A stretch of DNA of 63,179 bases, counting the filler, from Malassezia furfur (Eukaryota), in the NCBI GenBank assembly GCA_052055015.1. It is 6 parts of 6 records of this genome, joined end to end, with 100 filler letters (N's around TTAATTAATTAA, not from the genome) between each part and the next. Parts side by side here need not be neighbours in the genome. Positions count along the whole stretch, not along the records: positions 52,831 to 63,179 come from JBQJIT010000395.1; 5 more parts are not named here. The stretch is one strand, 5' to 3'. Below are positions 58,856-63,179 of this stretch, in pieces. Each line of letters starts with the position of its first letter. Position 1 is the stretch's first letter. The notes beneath the pieces were generated by a model that was not told the origin of the DNA, made no database searches, and saw only the letters and a list, made by a program, of their open reading frames with translations. A program made the translations under genes and the position numbers.

Positions 58856-60470
58856 ATGTACGTCGGAAGAAGCTCACCCGCAGTGTCGTTTGCCGCCGCC
58901 AGCGAGCGCCCACGCCGGCGGATCAAGGTGCGCTCGCGGCGCCCCCCGCCCGAAGCCCCCAAGTTGGCACGCATCTACGCGGACGCGCTGCCGGCGCCCA
59001 ACGTCTTGGCGCGCGTCTATTTGTACGAATGGCTGGTGCGTTTTGAAAACGTCGAGGCGCTCGGCTGGCCCGCACAGCGCATCGACGCCGTACACTGTTG
59101 GGACAACTTCTTCGTGCAGCAGGTACTGCAGCGCATTGCCGTGCACCTCGCGGGTCTCACGGAGCTCGGAAGCGGACAGCCTGCCGCCGGTTTCGGCCGG
59201 CTCATCCGCGCGCTGCGCCGGCACGCGCAGGATGCTGAGGCACCTGCGCCGTGGAACGCAGCGCACGCGCTGCTGGAGCACGCAGAAGTACCCTCGTGCG
59301 TACTCGAGGAGGTGGACGTCGCTCTGCCGCTCTGGCGCCGGCCGAGCAAGCGAGCGCCGGAGCCGGAGCCGCTGCCGTCGCGGCGCACGCGGAGCATGAC
59401 GCGCCTCGTCGATGCGGTCGCATCACTGGACGACGACGAAATGGATGTGGATACCCCGTCGGAAGGTACACGCTGCTCGCGGCGCGCCGAGCAGCTCGCC
59501 GCGAAGAAACGCAGCGAAGATCTTCGGCAGCGCGCCGAGCGTGTTCTGGGCCCCAGTGTATCGCACGAAGACGAGGCAGAGGAGGAGGAAGAGGAGGGCG
59601 AGCCCATACACCTCGAAACGAAAGTTGCATGCCTCGTGCGCCTGTGCGACCTACTGTCCACGCCGCGCGGCACCCCTGCGTCAAGTGGTCTACACCGGCT
59701 GGTGCAACCGCTCCTCGACGGGCTGCCGACCGTCGAAAAGGAGATGCGCGAGCATGTCGCACATGTGCAGTCCGAGTGCGATGCGGCGATGAAGGCGCTG
59801 CAGAAGCGTGCGCCGTCGATGGTGTCACAACGCTACGACGCGTGGCAAGAAGAGGTAGGTTACCCGACTCACGCAGCGCAAGGCGCTCCAAGCTGCGAAC
59901 GAGCATGCCGTACAGGGCGCCCAGGCCGAGCAGTACCTTGCGCTCCGGCGTCACGCGCCCCGGGGGGGTGCGCTCGGCCGCGACCTAGACGGCAACGAGT
60001 ACTGGCATCTATGCCCCATCGTGCCACCGCACCATGAATGGGATGTGAGCGTGGCGGGTGCAACGCCGCACTTTTCGGGGCACTGGTCGCAGGTGCTGGT
60101 CATCTATGGTCGTTCGCCTGGCGGCGAGCTACGGGAGAGTGAGGGCGAGGCCAGCGGCGAGGCCAGCGGCGAAGGGAGCAGTGAAGCGCCGGCGCTACCC
60201 GCCGAAACAGGGCCTAAGGCAGGTGGAGACACCGAGGGGCGCGGCGCCGACGCAACCACCGCTGCCCCCCATACCGCCCCCGAGCCGGCGCCACACGGTT
60301 TCTACGGCACGGCCGATGCCACGGCGATCCGTGCGTTGCGTACCTACCTGCATCACCGCATGGAGCGCGCTGACCTGTCGGACGAGGCAGCTGCGGCGCA
60401 GTCGACGCTGCTGGCGAACCTGGCGCAGGTGCAAACGTACATGGCTTGGGCGGCGGCCGAGCTTGCCTAG
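58856..60470 (+). CDS. Putative chromatin protein with a WHIM/WSD-like motif; intron 59855-59876 (22 nt)
   Basis: Splicing joins two ORFs and gives LGRDLDGNEYWHL, resembling the WSD motif; function uncertain. Confidence 0.6.
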
Positions 60471-60485
60471 CTATCTATAGCACAT

Positions 60486-62346
60486 CTACTCGGGGCGATT
60501 CGCCGGGAAAGCCAGCACCTCCTTGATCGTGTGCGAGTCGGTGAGGAACATGACCAGGCGGTCAATGCCGAGACCCCAGCCACCGGTGGGCGGCAGGCCG
60601 TGCTCGAGCGCGTCGAGGAAGACGTGATCGACACCCTGGGCCTCGTCGTCACCCGCGTCCTTCTGGCGGCTCTGCTCCTCGAAGTTTTCGCGCTGGATCC
60701 AGGGGTCGTTCAACTCGGTGTAGGCGTTGGCGATCTCCTTGGTGGCGACGAACGCCTCGAAGCGCTCGCACAGGCCGGGAATCTCGCGGTGACGCTTGGC
60801 GAGCGGCGACATGATCTGCGGGTGGCCGACGATGAACGACGGGTTGATGCACTGCGACTCAATGAACTCGCCGACGAGCTTGTCGATCAGGCGGTTCGCG
60901 GTGCGCGGCGCACTGCACTCGACGTTGTGCTTCTCGCAGAGGTCCGAGAGCCACTTGCGCGACTCCTCGGTGTGCAGTTGGTCGCCCGGCGGGAAGGTGA
61001 CGTTGAGCTGCTTCTCAAGCTCCTTGATCATGTCGAAGCGCTTCCACGGCGTGGTGAAGTCGATCTCGTACTCGCGGCCGTTCGGGTCGTCCTTGCCGTC
61101 GGGGTGGTACTTGATCTTGTACGAGCCCGTGACGGCCTTGACGAGACCCGAGATCATGCTCTCGGTGATGTCCATCAGGTCGTACATGTCGGCGTACGCC
61201 ATATAGAACTCACACGTGGTGAACTCCGGGTTGTGCGTCTGGTCGATCGACTCGTTGCGGAACACACGGCCGATCTCGTAGACACGGTCGAGGCCGCCCA
61301 CCACGAGCTCCTTGAGGTAGAGCTCGGGCGCAATGCGCATAAACAGGTCGAGCTTCAGGTCGTTGTGGTGCGTGACGAACGGCTTGGCGCTCGCACCACC
61401 CGCGATCTGGTTCATCATGGGCGTCTCCACCTCGAGGAATCCGAGCTGGTCCAGGAAGCGGCGCACATACTGGATCGTCTTGGCGCGCTTCACAAAGATG
61501 TCGCGCACGTGGGGGTTCATAATCAGGTCGAGGTACCGCTTGCGGTAGCGCTGCTCCTGGTCGGTAAATCCACCGCGCTCGTTCACCGCGGCCTTCGGCA
61601 GCATCTTGAGGTTTGGCGAGAGCAGCTTGATCGAGCGCGGCACGATCGACAGCTCGCCCTTCTTGGTCTTGGCCGGGAAACCGGTGACGCCGACCACATC
61701 GCCGCGGCGCAGCAGGTCGTGCGCGGCAAGGAAGTCGCCGTCCGTGTGGTCCTGCAGCTGTGCCATGATCTGCACCTTGACGCCCTCGCCGTGCAGGTCG
61801 TAGAAGCGCAGCTTCTGACCCGAGGCGCGCATGTTGTGCAGGCGGCCGGCGAGGCTCACCTCGTCGGGCAGCTGCGCGCCGGCCTCGAGCTTGTCGGCAT
61901 ACTTGGCGATGAAGTCGGTCAGACTCAGCGTCACATTAAACTTGTGCGGATAGGGGTCCGGGTTGCGCGTCTCGCGCAGCTTCTGGATGGCGCGCGAGCG
62001 CATCTCGTAGTACTGGTTGGGCGTAAGCGCATCCTCGGCAGCGAGGTCGTTGCCTGCCTTCTTGGCGGCCGGCGGCGCATTCTTGGCCTTCTCGGCCTTT
62101 TCGGCTTCCTTTTGGCGCTGCTTCTGGCGGCGCTTGAGTTCGCTGCGTGAGCGGCTTCTTCGCGACGTACCTCTTGCTCACCATCTCTCCCGTCACGGGG
62201 TCCGGCAGCAGGTTGGGGGCATCCCCAGCGGCAGCGGGTGCTTCAGTCATCGTAAGTCTCTGAAAATAACGCGCGGGCAACACAGAAGCTCGTCGGGTCG
62301 TGGGTCGCAGCACTTGTCGAGAAAGCCGTCCGACACCGAGGAGCAT
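60486..62346 (-). CDS. KRS1: Class II lysyl-tRNA synthetase; intron 62143-62170 (28 nt); two in-frame ATGs (62346 and 62250)
   Basis: [52 protein letters not shown]. Confidence 0.97.
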
Positions 62347-62455
62347 GCAATGCAGAGAAGTCGGTCGGCCGGCAATTTTTGTTGCACAAATACCCCCCCT
62401 GCCTCACGGGCCTCGCTCCGTAGTGGAGGCGCGTGGGTTGGCTGCGCGCGCGACG

Positions 62456-63179
62456 ATGGCCGGCGCCGTGGACGCGTACTACGCGGACCTCGCGCGGTGG
62501 GTGCGCGCGCACGAGGCGCAGCTGTGCTGCACTTCGCCGCGCGGTACGCGTTTCACGACGGATCTGCACCATCTCTACTATTTCCTGCTGCGTTGCGAGG
62601 CGCTGGGCCTCAACGCCGGCGACCTCGACCAGGTGGTCGGCCCGCCGCTCGTGCCAACGGGCACACAGGCGCCCGCATATGCCCGCACACTTGCGAGTGA
62701 CCTGCAGAGCCTATTCTCCGTGCAGGACTCGCTGCACACCGTACAGACACTGTGGAGCGGTGCGCCGGCGAAGCAGCGCGACCCTGACGACGCCTACCGG
62801 TACCTGTTCCGCGTGTGCGGCCGGCTGCCGGCGATGGAGGTGTACGCAACTCCGAGCAAGTACCTCGAGGGCTACGAAGACATGCCTGGCGAAAACGGCG
62901 TGCCCATCCGCGCGCTGACGGCGCTGCGCGACCTGAGCCTCCACGATGTGGAGCCGCGCCGGTTGGTGGGGTGGGACCGGCTGAGTGTGCAGCTCGAGGC
63001 GTTGCGGTGCGAGCACATGCACGTCGCCGACCTCACCGAGGTGTTTGTGGGCCTTGTGGAGCGCGACGGACATGGCGCGGTGCCGTCGGCCGCATGGCAT
63101 GCACTGCGGGTGCTGCAGCTGGCGCACAACGAGCTGACGTTTGTGCCTGCGTCGGCGCTCACGCGGTTTTCGTCGCTGG
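62456..63179 (+). CDS. Conserved fungal leucine-rich-repeat protein, 3' partial (runs off the window)
   Basis: Open frame from ATG 62456: DLHHLYYFLLRCEALG, YLFR..LP, GWDRLSVQL, first LRR LRVLQLAHNELTF. Confidence 0.75.
   Translation, partial: MAGAVDAYYADLARWVRAHEAQLCCTSPRGTRFTTDLHHLYYFLLRCEALGLNAGDLDQVVGPPLVPTGTQAPAYARTLASDLQSLFSVQDSLHTVQTLWSGAPAKQRDPDDAYRYLFRVCGRLPAMEVYATPSKYLEGYEDMPGENGVPIRALTALRDLSLHDVEPRRLVGWDRLSVQLEALRCEHMHVADLTEVFVGLVERDGHGAVPSAAWHALRVLQLAHNELTFVPASALTRFSSL

Overview
Gene-dense (about 1 gene per 1.6 kb), very GC-rich eukaryotic DNA that reads as a Malassezia-like basidiomycete yeast (inferred from protein families, compaction and intron style). It is six contigs joined by five artificial 100-nt spacers (44 N + TTAATTAATTAA + 44 N), so gene order across the spacers is not real. 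About 38 mostly housekeeping genes can be modelled, including CHS, paladin, RML2, SKP1, MOT1, CIA30, TIM44, FAA, DJ-1, BRR2, TAF6, MTD1, eIF4B, SPC2, BCD1, REV3, PP2A-A, ERV29, ARG5,6, CBP4, BRX1, MED19, ERG28, ECM4, POT1 and KRS1. Several are absent from or fragmented in the ORF track. The main signal is about 36 hand-modelled spliceosomal introns, mostly only 21-30 nt long, whose removal restores conserved reading frames. Other signals: a CACGTG element in most of the tiny promoters, head-to-head genes 29-87 bp apart, overlapping convergent stop codons, one outlier 105-nt hairpin-forming intron in ARG5,6, two hairpin-dense intergenic ncRNA candidates, a dual-AUG LysRS and a Pot1 with unusual domain architecture. 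No CRISPR array, tRNA, rRNA or transposon was recognised. All assignments come from reading motifs by eye; no database searches were run.
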